A stretch of 28,527 bases of DNA from Octopus sinensis (lineage: Eukaryota): the NCBI RefSeq assembly GCF_006345805.1, contig NW_021833516.1, positions 1 through 28,527 on the forward strand, given 5' to 3'. The translations under genes and the position numbers were made by a program. Every line of letters begins with the position of its first letter. Positions within the stretch are counted from its first letter, which is position 1. The notes beneath the pieces were generated by a model. It was not told where the DNA came from, did not search any database, and saw nothing but the letters and a program-made list of their open reading frames with translations. Positions 1 through 10,032 of the stretch are shown in pieces.

Positions 1-134
1 AAAAAAAAAAAATGTCAGTGCAAATATTTAATGCATTGAAGCAGAGTGTGTTTTTTCATATTTCAAAGTTTGCTCACAACAAGAATCGACACAGTCCTAT
101 ACATTGCATTTCCCCAGATGAAGCATCTTCTGAC

Positions 135-400
135 TTAGGAATATAATATAACGTACATATATATATACACACACAAGCATATACATACACACAACATTAC
201 ACAACACACATACATATATATATATATAATATATATTATATAATATATATATATATATAATATATATATATATGTATATATATATATATCTATATATATA
301 TATAATATATAATATAATATATATATATTAGAAACACTAATACATATATATACATATACATATATATACATTTATAACATTATATTACATACATATATTT
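135..400. repeat. Degenerate (TA)n/(TACA)n microsatellite
   Basis: Near-continuous tatata/tacaca runs; source of the I/Y-rich ORF 135..371. Confidence 0.95.
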
Positions 401-409
401 ATATACATA

Positions 410-592
410 AGTTAATCCAAACATGAAAGCACAAAAAACACCACAACGCGAGGACGTGGAACAAATATAGTATTATTGGACGCTCAGGAAAAGAAGGAAG
501 AAGAGGGTTTAACGTTTCGAGCGGAGCTCTTCGTCGGAAACATAGAAGGAAAGATCCAGAGAAGGGAAGACAGAGGAAAAAATCGCCAACGA
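410..592 (-). mobile_element. Short HHR-bearing non-autonomous element, probably PLE-derived, between (TA)n tracts
   Basis: CpG-rich island (acgcgaggacg, tcgtcgg, atcgccaacg) flanked on both sides by TA microsatellite; contains the HHR motif at 507-541. Confidence 0.65.
507..541 (-). ncRNA. Minimal type-I hammerhead ribozyme motif, C4 variant core
   Basis: Minus strand: gttt-CCGACGA-A-GAGC(tcc)GCTC-GAAA-CGT-T-aaac. Stem I gttt/aaac, stem II GAGC/GCTC, palindromic stem III ACGT, predicted cleavage after U at 511. Confidence 0.7.
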
Positions 593-649
593 TATATATA
601 TATATATATAATATATATATATATATACAACATATATATATGCACACGC

Positions 650-937
650 ATGGTGGTTGTCTACTCCTTATGCAGAGTCTGACCACTTCCTGTACCTACA
701 CCTTAGATCCATCATGGCGTCTGATGAGGCTTTAGAAACCAGAGAAAATATTGATAAGACACCCACATAGATTACAGTTAAGTTCTGACCTTTGTGGATC
801 TCAAAATGTCTTTTGAGGCCTCTTTTAGATCTGCAGACCTTATGACATGCATGGCATTGAGAGATGCACACAGAACACATAAGCAGAATAGTTGGTAGAG
901 GCTCATTTTTCATGGGTCCGCAAATGAGATTTGAACC
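650..937 (-). mobile_element. 3' fragment of an RTE-like LINE with C-terminal C2H2 motif
   Basis: 856..794 encodes CHACHKVCRSKRGLKRHFEIH, matching the single CxxC-x-C-S-GL-H-xxx-H knuckle at the end of RTE/BovB-type ORFs; no HTGEKP linker and no finger array. Confidence 0.5.
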
Positions 938-987
938 CACATATATATGTATACATACACACAGGTGTGTGTGTGCGTGTGTATACA

Positions 988-1286
988 TCGAGCAAGGTTG
1001 TTGCCAGTGCCACTGGACTGGCTCCTGTGCAGATGGCATGTAAAAAACACCATATGAGCGTGGCCTTTCCCAGTACTGCCTGACTGGCCCTCGTGCCAGT
1101 GACATGTAAATGCACCCATTACACTCTCGGAGTGGTTGGCGTTAGGAAGGGCATCCAGCTGTAGAAACACTGCCAGATCAGATTGGAGCTTGGAGCAGCC
1201 ATCTGGTTCCCCAGTCTTCAGTCAAATCGTCCAACCCATACTAGCATGGAAAGCGGATGCTAAATGATGATGATGATGATGATGAT
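988..1286 (+). mobile_element. RTE LINE 3'-UTR copy with (GAT)n tail
   Basis: gttggcgttaggaagggcatccagctgtagaaac...ccaacccatactagcatggaaagcggatgctaaa(tga)n; homologous to the UTR attached to RTE coding sequence at 6925-7425. Confidence 0.85.
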
Positions 1287-1444
1287 ACATACAAACATGA
1301 TTAAAAACAGAAAACAAGCATGCATACAAACATACATACACACAAATACATGCACACATACACACACACAACATATAAATATGCACTGATATAGCTGTGC
1401 ACATTTATATTGATGCATAATTAAATAGTTCACTTTACAACTGC

Positions 1445-1572
1445 ATGATTTAAGGTTTGATCCCTAAAACCACATAGTTGTAGCACTCAGAGCAAGTGGC
1501 TTTTCCTACAGTAGCATACCAACCAAAGCCTTGTCAGTGAATTTAGCCACAGAAGTTGAAAAAGAAGCCCGT
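1445..1572 (+). mobile_element. Highly degenerate partial SINE family B
   Basis: accaaagccttgtcagtgaatttag...aagaagccc resembles the family B body at 15690-15740. Confidence 0.55.
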
Positions 1573-1858
1573 GTGTGCATGTGTAAGAGAGAGAGAGAGA
1601 GAGAGTGTGTGCATGTGCATGAGTACATCTCGGTATTTTGGCATTGCATGCTGACATTAAACAAATATCACCATCATATATGTAGTCCTGTTTCTTTCCA
1701 AGATAATGAGTAGGTGTATACCAACACGTTATCCTCACCAGCCCCCATCAAGCACAAATCTTAAAACTTCTGTGACCACATTGATAAACATGAAAGAATG
1801 TACTGGCAACTTTTAAACTTAAAAAAATTTTTTTTTAATTTCTGAAAAAAAAATCTCA

Positions 1859-2262
1859 GATCTTTTCAGTTTGAACGGCAGTTTTTTCTAGTGGTGTCAT
1901 ATGAAATTGTTACCCATAATTATCAATCTATTGCATTTCAATCTCTTTTAGGGTTAGGGTTAGGGGTGGGGGGAAGGGTATCTTTTCTTCTTCACAAATG
2001 TAAATAAACCCAATCTGTTTCTTAAACGAGGGACATATTCATAAGGCACAGAATGTTTTTTACTTCAATGGACTTCATTGATTGGTTGAAATTGCAGAAA
2101 TTGAAGAAAAACAACGACAAATATCTTACAAACTATAGAATTTTCTCAATAAAGCCAAGAGAAAAAGATGTTTTATAAACACATTCTACCAGTATACAAA
2201 GTTTAACATTTTTTAGTTACCTAGAAATTACGTTAAAAACTGCCATTCAAACCGAAAAGATC
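1859..2262. mobile_element. MITE with ~28-bp TIRs ending in GATC and internal TTAGGG repeats (copy 1)
   Basis: Left gatcttttcagtttgaacggcagttttt; right aaaaactgccattcaaaccgaaaagatc; near-identical second copy at 5768-6174. Confidence 0.9.
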
Positions 2263-3101
2263 CAAAATGTCTTCTGGAACTTTAAATGTGAATTTCCAAG
2301 GGTCTCCTCACAGTTCATGTAATTTATTAAAATCTCACCCTTCCATACTGGCTCAGCTTATCATTTTTTCATTTTTTTCATCATTTTACAATTTTGTCAT
2401 TTTCCATTTTTAGCTTTTTGTTTCTCCACTACTAATTGCTAGTTTCTCAATTGTTACTTCATTCTACCTGTTCATTCCTCCTATTATGTTCACAAGTGCC
2501 TTAACTCAAACCCATACTAACTTCTCTAAGCTTAGCATCCCTTATTTCTTTCTGACACTACACTTTAGTCCCCACTTTCACCTTCCCAACTTCTCCTACT
2601 AATGACATAACACTGTTGTCTTGCTGTACCATTTCTTTCCAATCTTCTGCAAAAACATATCTGGACTGGGGGGGAAAAATATTACTTTATTTGGAATATG
2701 TGTGGGTTGTTGACTGGAAAAGAATTTGGCCAGAGAAAATCCACCACATCTAATTTTATCTTATCCATATAAGCATGGAAAATAGGCTTTTAAAAATGTA
2801 AACGTAAAATATTATTTTATTTTCTGTATTCAGTTACTTTTTTCAGTTCTTTTTTTTTTTTTTTTTTTTGTGAAGTTCAACTTGACCAAACTCCCGAATA
2901 GTTTAGATACAGCAATTCACAGTGAATCAACATTCCCAGATGAAATAAAAATTGTCAGCTTCTTTATAAAGCAATTCATCCTAAAATATTGTGAATTCAT
3001 GTGATAATATTTATTTTAAACATTAATAAATCTTGGCAAGTGTGTGTGTGTATGTGCGTGTTCATACATGCATACATACATACAAACATACATACATGCA
3101 A

Positions 3102-3154
<53 letters not shown>

Positions 3155-3176
3155 CATACAAACATACATACATATA

Positions 3177-3470
3177 TGATCACATGATCACGGGATTGAC
3201 CAGACTATCAGACATTACACATCAATAGTCACAATGTGCTTTGCATCATTTTAGCTTTCAAATGATGTCAGCCCACTGGCTAGGCGGGCAGACCAACATT
3301 CCCCCTGACAGGAAGGTTAGTTCATTGCAGGGTTACCCATTTACAGCTGGAGCAATGTGAAATGAAGTGCTTTGTTCAAGAACACAATATGCAGCTCGGC
3401 CTGGGAATTGAACCCACAGTCATTAGATTGTGAACGCAACACCCTACCTCTAGACCACATGCCTTCCCTC
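3177..3470 (-). mobile_element. tRNA-derived SINE family E, sharing its 3' tail with family D
   Basis: Minus strand: tRNA-like head with B box (gggttcaattccc), central ttgctccagctgtaaatgggtaacc domain, and a ~120-nt tail alignable to 18020-18133; microsatellites on both sides. Confidence 0.8.
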
Positions 3471-3503
3471 ATATGTGTGTGTGTGTGTGTGTGTGCGTAT
3501 ATA

Positions 3504-3559
<56 letters not shown>

Positions 3560-3884
3560 ATATATAGTAATATATGTGTAAAAAGGTTGAATAAATTTCG
3601 TCCTTTAATTTGGAAGATTCCAAAACAGATTTCTAATATAGTTTCTTCATATTTTGCTGGTACCTTACGGGTGTAAGTTTACAAATATGAAAATAATACT
3701 TGTATATGGTGTGTTATGTGAATTTAAAGATAGGAACCCCAATAAACTCAACAAATTTGTTAAAAATGGAGAAGAGAAGATGTTAAAATGTAAGAGAATT
3801 TTAATTCATGCAGATGATTGTTTTGAACAGTGATATAAAACATTATTTACATTTGACGGATATTTGTCCTCATCTTGTTTGTTG

Positions 3885-3930
3885 TTAACACAATGTTTTG
3901 GCTGATACACCCTCCAGCCATCTTCAGGTG
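3885..3930 (-). ncRNA. Decayed type-I HHR, left arm
   Basis: Minus strand: gacac-CTGAAGA-t-ggctg...cagcc-AAAACATT-gtgtt; G12 and stem III changed by CpG-type substitutions relative to the right arm. Confidence 0.55.
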
Positions 3931-4083
3931 TCTTGGGGAAATTTCGAACCTGGGTTCTCATTCTTAAGGTATTTTTCAATGTTATTATTATTATTGTTGT
4001 TATTATTATTATTCAGTTCACTGCCTGAAATCGAACTCGGAATCTTGGGGTTCGTAGCCCGTGCTCTTAACCACTAGGCCCAT

Positions 4084-4155
4084 GGGCATATGGCATAGTG
4101 GTTAAGAGCGTGGGCTACTAACCCCAAGATTCTGAGTTTGATTTCAGGCAGTGAC
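4084..4155 (+). promoter_or_regulatory. tRNA-like SINE head with Pol III A/B boxes, probably tRNA-Arg derived
   Basis: A box tggcatagtgg (4090-4100). The B box reads gagttcgatttc and the anticodon loop ctACGaa in the mirror arm. Overall resemblance to tRNA-Arg(ACG), but no acceptor-stem closure, so not a tRNA gene. Confidence 0.7.
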
Positions 4156-4245
4156 CTGAATAATAATAATAACAACAACAACAATAATAATAATAACATC
4201 GAAAAATACCTTAAGAATGAGAACCCAGGTCCGAAATTTCCCCAA

Positions 4246-4290
4246 GACACCTGATGAAGGCTGGAAGTATATCAACCGAAACGTTGTGTT
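4246..4290 (+). ncRNA. Type-I hammerhead ribozyme motif, canonical core
   Basis: gacac-CTGATGA-A-ggctg(gaagtatat)caacc-GAAA-CGT-T-gtgtt. Stem I gacac/gtgtt; one mismatch in stem II (cagcc in the mirror arm); palindromic stem III. Confidence 0.8.
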
Positions 4291-4772
4291 AACAACAAAC
4301 AAGATGAGGACAAATATCCGTTAAATGTAAATAATGTAAATAAAGTCCATAATTCCTCATCTCTTAAATATAGAACAGCGATATACAAATCATGCAAATT
4401 CATGGTTGAATAGAAATAATTAAATTAATTTAATTATATATTACTGTACTCATCAGTGCAAGAAGTATAAACAAATTTTTTTTACAAAGGACTTGATAGA
4501 GGAAATAGCAGAGTAGGATTTAGGAGATTCCTATTTATCCTTATAAGACAGAAAGAAGAGGTGTGAGTCCAGTTAGGTATTAACTAAAGAGTTTTTGTTC
4601 ATTCCTATTTCTTTTATCAAGTCCTTTGTAAAAAAATTTGTTTATACTTCTTGCACTGGTGGGTACAGTGATATATAATTAAATTAATTAAATTAATTTA
4701 ATTATTTCTATTCAACCATGAATTTGCATGATTTTTATATCGCTGTTCAGAATGGTTGCCTACATGAATTAA

Positions 4773-5014
<242 letters not shown>

Positions 5015-5016
5015 AA

Positions 5017-5163
5017 GGCAAATTGGTAGAGCTTTCTGCATGTCAGATAGGCCTTGTGGTATTTATTCTTGCTCTGTGTGCTTTGAGTTCAAATACTACC
5101 CAAATCATCTTTGCCTTTCATCTTTTCTGAGTTGATAAATAAAGTACCAGTGCAATACTGGTG
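5017..5163 (+). mobile_element. Degenerate SINE family A
   Basis: tgagttcaaat...tttgcctttcatctttt..gttgataaataaagtaccag matches copies at 10662, 10911, 16021 and 16958. Confidence 0.7.
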
Positions 5164-5195
5164 TTTATTCTGTCTCCCTCTTTTCTCTTTTTCAG

Positions 5196-5218
5196 ATATC
5201 CATTACTTGATGATGAAG
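5196..5218 (+). CDS. Candidate 23-nt microexon of an unidentified host gene
   Basis: Long pyrimidine tract ctgtctccctcttttctctttttcag|ATATCCATTACTTGATGATGAAG|gtaatt; open as YPLLDDE or as IHYLMMK. Confidence 0.55.
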
Positions 5219-5767
5219 GTAATTGACCCTTAACGAAAGTCAATGCTTACGTACTCAAATAGATACATAGAACTGAGGGGCTGATCTGTTTCTGAATTAT
5301 AGTGCTGAAGCTTTAAATTTTGATAGATGTGTCATCAGAAACAACACATTTAATATCATCCACTGAATACAAATTATTTTGTACTTGAATAAAATGCATG
5401 AAGATGCCAGGGTAACAGGGTTATCTGTGGCATTCTAAAAGGTTACTATGTAAAGCAGCACCACAAAAACCATATAACAATGCATCTATAATGGCATTTA
5501 GTGATCCAAGATGATATAAAAATTATGTAGCTGAAGTGTGATAGTCCTAACTGGTAGCACAGCATATTTTTATTTTTAATCATTTGTGCTTATAAGACAT
5601 AACCTAACAAAATTTTCATCTGTCACTAGGGTAAATTGTTTGCCTAACTTGCAAGACAGAAAAGGACAAAAAAAAAAGGGGAAGAGAGGACAAATGAGAA
5701 AGGCCTTCTCTTTTAAGTGGTGGTGATGGTGGGGTATTTGAAAGGGTAGAGAGATAATCTTTATGCA

Positions 5768-6174
5768 GATCTTTTTGGTTTGAACGGCAGTTTTTTCTAA
5801 CGGTATCATATGAAATTGTCAACCATAATTATGACCCTAGTATCGATCTATTGCATTTCAATCTCTTTTAGGGTTAGGGGTGGGGGGAGTGGTAACATTT
5901 TTCTTCACAAATGTAAATAAACCCAATCTGTTTCTTAAACGAGGGACATATTCATACAGCACAGAATGTTTTCACCTCAATAGACGCCATTGATTGGTTG
6001 AAATTGCAGAAATTGAAGAAAAAAAACAACAAATATCTTACAAACTATAGAATTTTCTCAATAGAGCCAAGAGAAAAAGATGTTTTATAAACACATTCTA
6101 CCAGTATATGAAGTTTAAAATTTTTTAGTTACCTAGAAATTATGTTAAAAACTACTGTTCAAACTGAAAAGATC
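5768..6174. mobile_element. GATC-ended MITE (copy 2)
   Basis: gatctttttggtttgaacggcagttttt ... aaaaactactgttcaaactgaaaagatc; co-linear with 1859-2262. Confidence 0.9.
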
Positions 6175-6339
6175 CCTTTATGCTAGGAACAAACAGAGGT
6201 GTCATGCTTAAAAGAAGGTATATAGTAAGACACCTCTGCTTGTCCTTGGCATAAAAACTACCCTGCTACTCGCTCAAATATCTTCTCACCCCTACTAACT
6301 AAAGAAGGTCTACTCTTTTGTCCCAGTTTTCCTTATCTT

Positions 6340-6590
6340 GTGCTTTCATGCCTTGCAAGTTACTCGGTAACCACACTGGAGGCAGTGACACATAAAAAGC
6401 ACCCAGTACATACTGTAAGGTTGTTGGCATTAGGAAGGGTATCCAGCTGCAGAAACTATACCAAAGCTAACATGGAGCACAATGCAACCCTGTGGTTCAC
6501 CAGATCAAATCATATCATCCAATCCATACCAGCATGGAGAGTCATTAAATGATGATGATGGTGGTGGTGATAGAGGTGATGATGATGAAA
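6340..6590 (+). mobile_element. RTE 3'-UTR copy with (GAT/GGT)n tail
   Basis: aaaagcacccagtacatactgtaaggttgttggcattaggaagggtatccagctg...ccagcatggag...aaatgatgatg. Confidence 0.8.
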
Positions 6591-6924
6591 GAGGTTCCAA
6601 TTTTTAGGCATCCTCAAATGACAAACATGCTTTTTTTTTCTCCACAGTGATTTTTCTCAACAGAATTTAGTGATTGCAAAAAAAAAAAATGTAAGCTTAT
6701 ACTATTTTGATAAAGAATGGCCCCAGTGGTTTCTCAAAGATGTTTGTTTTGATAGCAAATAGCTTAAGTTCATATTCTTTAGTCTTGGCAGACTCTGTAA
6801 TGCTTACTTTGAAGACATTGGTTTCTGTGGCAGCTTCTTTGAAGGTGAAAACTGAGCAATGATTAGATATTTTATTCTTTCAGAAAAATTTTTTTAAAAA
6901 GCCATCAGGAATAATAAGTTATTT

Positions 6925-7425
6925 ATCATCACCATCATTTAATATCTGTTGTCTGCACTGGCATGGGTTGGATGGTGTGACCAGAGCTGGCAAGCTTGGA
7001 GGCTCTATTCTGATTTGGAATGGTTTCTACAGCTGAATGCCATTCTTAATACCAACCACTTTACAGAGTGTGCTGGGTGCTTAACACTTCTACTGTGGAG
7101 TACAGGTCTTCTTGAATATGGCCAAGCGCTATCTTGGTCCTTTGTCATCTTGCCTGAAAGGTTCAGCTTCCTAGGGACATTCTTCAATAATTCATCCCAT
7201 GTCTTCCTGTGTCTCCTACTTCCATACATTCCATCCACTTTGACAGACTGGTACTTCTTTATAGGGCTGTTGGCATCTATCTACATCAGATGACCAAACC
7301 AACACACTTTTCTCTCTTGCACACTGCAACCAATTCCGCCTATACCTAACTTCTCTCTCAGAACACTGGCACTTTGTCAAACAAATACATTTATATTACA
7401 CATCCAGCAGAACATACTAGCCTTG
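6925..7425 (-). mobile_element. 5'-truncated RTE LINE: ORF C-terminus plus 3' UTR
   Basis: Minus frame ASMFCWMCNINVFV*QSASVLREKLGIGGIGCSVQERKVCWFGHLM*...GSRRHRKTWDELLK...MTKDQDSAW matches the RTE motifs SMLRWMC, RLRWFGHV and GRPRKTW; two stops; runs into the UTR and (GAT)n tail. Confidence 0.85.
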
Positions 7426-7512
7426 TGTTGCCTATTAGTAGGGATGGATGTTTCTGTAAGTGGAGTGAAACATGAAAGGGTCATGATGCAAATTATTATG
7501 GCTAATCGAATA
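7317..7512. repeat. Left arm of a 196-bp local inverted duplication
   Basis: Reverse complement of 8345-8540 with about 5 substitutions. Confidence 0.92.
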
Positions 7513-7643
7513 ACCAGGGAATCAGATGGATTTAGTTGAAAATTTACATTCATCATTATTCAGAGTCTTATTAGATTCATGAAGAACTTTTAAGAATTTA
7601 GATACATTTTTTATTATATTCTTCTTCTGTATTACCATGCATA

Positions 7644-8030
7644 GGTGCAGACATGGCTATATGGTTAAGAAGTTTGCTTTGCAACCATATAATTTCAGGT
7701 TCAGTCCTACAGTGCAGCACCTGGGAAAGTGTCTTCTATAGCCTCATGCCTTGTGAACAAAATTGAGAGATGGAAACTGCGTGGAAAACCCTCGCCAATA
7801 TTTATATGTATGTATGTGTGTGTGTGTGTCCCTACTATTTGACAACTGGTGTTTGGTTTGTTTACATTCCTTTAACTTAGTGGTTTGGCAAAAGAAACAG
7901 ATAGAAAAAGTACCAGACTTTTAAAAAAATAAGCACTGGGATTGATTTGTTTCATGAAACCCTTCAAGGTGATGCTCCTGCAAGGCTACTGTCCAATAAA
8001 TAAAAAATAAATAAAATATGAAAGATAAAT
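7644..8030 (+). mobile_element. Degenerate tRNA-derived SINE family B
   Basis: Head ggtgcagacatggctatatggttaagaagtttgc...caggttcagtcc, internal (TG)n, and tail co-linear with 15579-16019. Confidence 0.85.
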
Positions 8031-8073
8031 GATGAAGAGACATCATTTAAATAGGTCTATTTGCCTTCTAATT

Positions 8074-8107
8074 CCTCCTCCTCCTCTTCCTCCTCCTCCT
8101 CGTCACT

Positions 8108-8138
<31 letters not shown>

Positions 8139-8175
8139 CTACCATCATTGTCGTCGTTGTTGTCATCACCATCAA
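8074..8175. repeat. (TCC)n/(TCA)n trinucleotide repeat
   Basis: Direct reading; source of the poly-S and poly-D/E ORFs. Confidence 0.95.
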
Positions 8176-8344
8176 TAAGATTTTCTATCAGGTTGGAACA
8201 AAAGTTCATACTGTTTTTCAGTTGGCGGTGTTTAAACATGCGAGTCCAAAGCTAAAGTGTTTAAATCGAAACAGTTGACTGTCAATCTCAAAAGTGGTAA
8301 ATAATCCATCACTGCTTGTGATGTATACCACACTAAGCACTACC

Positions 8345-8540
8345 TATTCGATTAGCCATAATAATTTGCATCATGATCCTTTCATGTTTCACTCCACTTA
8401 CAGAAACATCCATCCCTGCTAATAGGCAACACAAGGCTAATATGTTCTGCTGGATGTGTAATATAAATGTATATGTTTGACAAAGTGCCAGTGTTCTGAG
8501 AGAGAAGTTAGGTATAGGTGGAATTGGTTGCAGTGTGCAA
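8345..8540. repeat. Right arm of the 196-bp local inverted duplication
   Basis: Reverse complement of 7317-7512. Confidence 0.92.
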
Positions 8541-8829
8541 CAAATGCAATTTGAATGATCTATATGAGTTAAGAAAGAAGTTATGCCTACTTTTGCATTA
8601 CTTCATTACATCATCAAACATTATCATCTTCACCTTTTTTATATGACTACTTTTTCCCCATGATGTTGAGTGATATCTTAATACTGTCACTACTCTGAGT
8701 TATTAATTTTGTGGTTTTCTGCTAGAAAGAATGAACAACAACAAAAATAAAAAGAAAAAGAATTTATTGCTGCAATGAAGGGAATCAACAGCTTCAAATA
8801 TATGTTGATATAAATTTTTTATTTTATAT

Positions 8830-9375
8830 ATGGTGGCTGCCCCTTTGTTATCGAGTATGGCCATTGTACGAAGCTTAATCAATGTTGTTATTGTGCAATG
8901 CCTGTGCAAGATTTTTTAAAGTGAGGAAAGGCTGTGCACTGAGTCAATCCCACTCACTAAGCAACAGCAGCCATAATCCGAAAAGAAGAACAAGTCAACA
9001 TCATCGGTAACCACTGAGCCACAGGTTTTATATCGGAGTTATCCCAGTTACCTGAGTTACCTTCTCCTAGAAGGATGCCCTAACAAAGGCTAGGAGTCCT
9101 TCACTCCCAATGGTTTAACCGCGCAATCGGGTATTCAGTCCGATTATTTCTATGTCCCCGTGCATGATACAGCCTTAAGCCATTTATTGGATGGCCGTTG
9201 ACTCTCAAGAGTTCCTCCGCCCTTTGACGGGTTTTGTTTTTCATCCCGCAGGGTGTCCAATAAACACCCTCCTCACCAAGCAAGCTTGGTGGGGTTGCCG
9301 GTTTAGTCGCCGACGACCCGACCATACAACAGGTTGTAATGGGTTACATGTTACCAGTAGCACTCGAAAGTGACC
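8830..9375 (-). mobile_element. 5' end of an RTE LINE (5' UTR and start of endonuclease), 3'-truncated
   Basis: CpG-rich; minus-strand gggcatccttctaggagaaggtaactc resembles the RTE 5'-UTR motif; followed by TITTLIKLRTM, similar to the APE N-terminal IATWNVRTL. Confidence 0.55.
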
Positions 9376-9417
9376 TACAGAAACATAAATATACATGCAT
9401 TGTAGATAATTCTTTAT

Positions 9418-9763
9418 TATTATCTACATCTTCGCGAAGGCAGAGGTATTGTTTTCAGTCGTGTTTGTTAGTTTGTTTTACCATGGACAAGATATCTCAA
9501 GAAATGCTAGATGAATTTGGATGAAACTTTCAGGGATGTTTGACCCCGTGACTGGCACGAACTGACTAGATTTTTGGACCGATCCAGTATCGGACAAGGA
9601 TTTTAGATTATTTTTCTGTTTTTTTTTTTTTACTTAATTTTTCAGAGCGGTTGGGTTCATTTTTAATATTCTCACTTGTGAGAGCAGTTGAGTTTATTTC
9701 AGATATTCTCATTTTAAAAATCATCTCCACCAAATCGTTGAGAGGACATTGGTGTTGTCTTCT
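9418..9763 (+). mobile_element. Non-autonomous DNA element of the attacctccgccaagg-start type, 3'-truncated
   Basis: tcttcgcgaaggcagaggtattgttttcagtcgtgtttgtt...gatgaaactttcaggga...ttttggaccgatcc is a layout I recognise from animal genomes; superfamily not assignable here. Confidence 0.6.
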
Positions 9764-9834
9764 TATCTTTTTTTTTATCTTTTGCTTGTTTCAACCATTG
9801 GATTTGGTAGACAGAAGCTGAAAGAAGCCCATCA

Positions 9835-9874
<40 letters not shown>

Positions 9875-10032
9875 TGAGAAAGTTGGTGTGTGAAAGCATG
9901 TGGTTGGATATATAGAAAATAGAAAAGAGTGAAAAAACTACAGAAGGCTTGTTTTATAAGGTTAAAGAATATATTTAAGTCGTTATGTTAGAAAAATGTT
10001 ATGAAATTTTGCATATATTAACATAGTTTTTG

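Larger units (their letters stand above)
3841..4372. mobile_element. Head-to-head palindromic tRNA-headed SINE with an HHR in each arm
   Basis: 3841-4082 is the reverse complement of 4083-4336 (centre gccca|tgggc); flanked by gaacagtgatataaaa (3825-3840) and gaacagcgatatacaa (4373-4388). Confidence 0.9.
3801..4772. mobile_element. Older inverted-repeat element interrupted by the palindromic SINE
   Basis: Left arm 3801-3840 plus 4373-4508 is the reverse complement of 4605-4772; the interruption is bounded by a 16-bp direct repeat. Confidence 0.7.

Noticed and set aside
717-770. CTGATGA-ggcttta-GAAAC resembling an HHR core
   Set aside because: Stem II cannot close (G opposite A), and there is no stem III/UH followed by a stem I partner.
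794-856. Host C2H2 zinc-finger gene
   Set aside because: Single finger with RTE-type spacing, no linker, no array and no convincing splice sites; treated as a LINE remnant.
1951-1966. True telomere or chromosome-fusion relic
   Set aside because: Only 2-3 TTAGGG units, located at the same internal position in both MITE copies.
4084-4155. Functional tRNA gene (also the heads at 15579, 17848 and 24190)
   Set aside because: Acceptor stems do not close and each continues into a SINE body.
4450-4456. HHR in the older inverted repeat
   Set aside because: The core is present but there is no GAAA or stem III downstream; kept only as a hint in the nesting finding.
6648-6690. Possible + strand exon (ttctccacag| or ctcaacag| ... 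AAT|gtaagc)
   Set aside because: It contains a 12-A run and has a weak exonic donor context; likely chance in AT-rich DNA.
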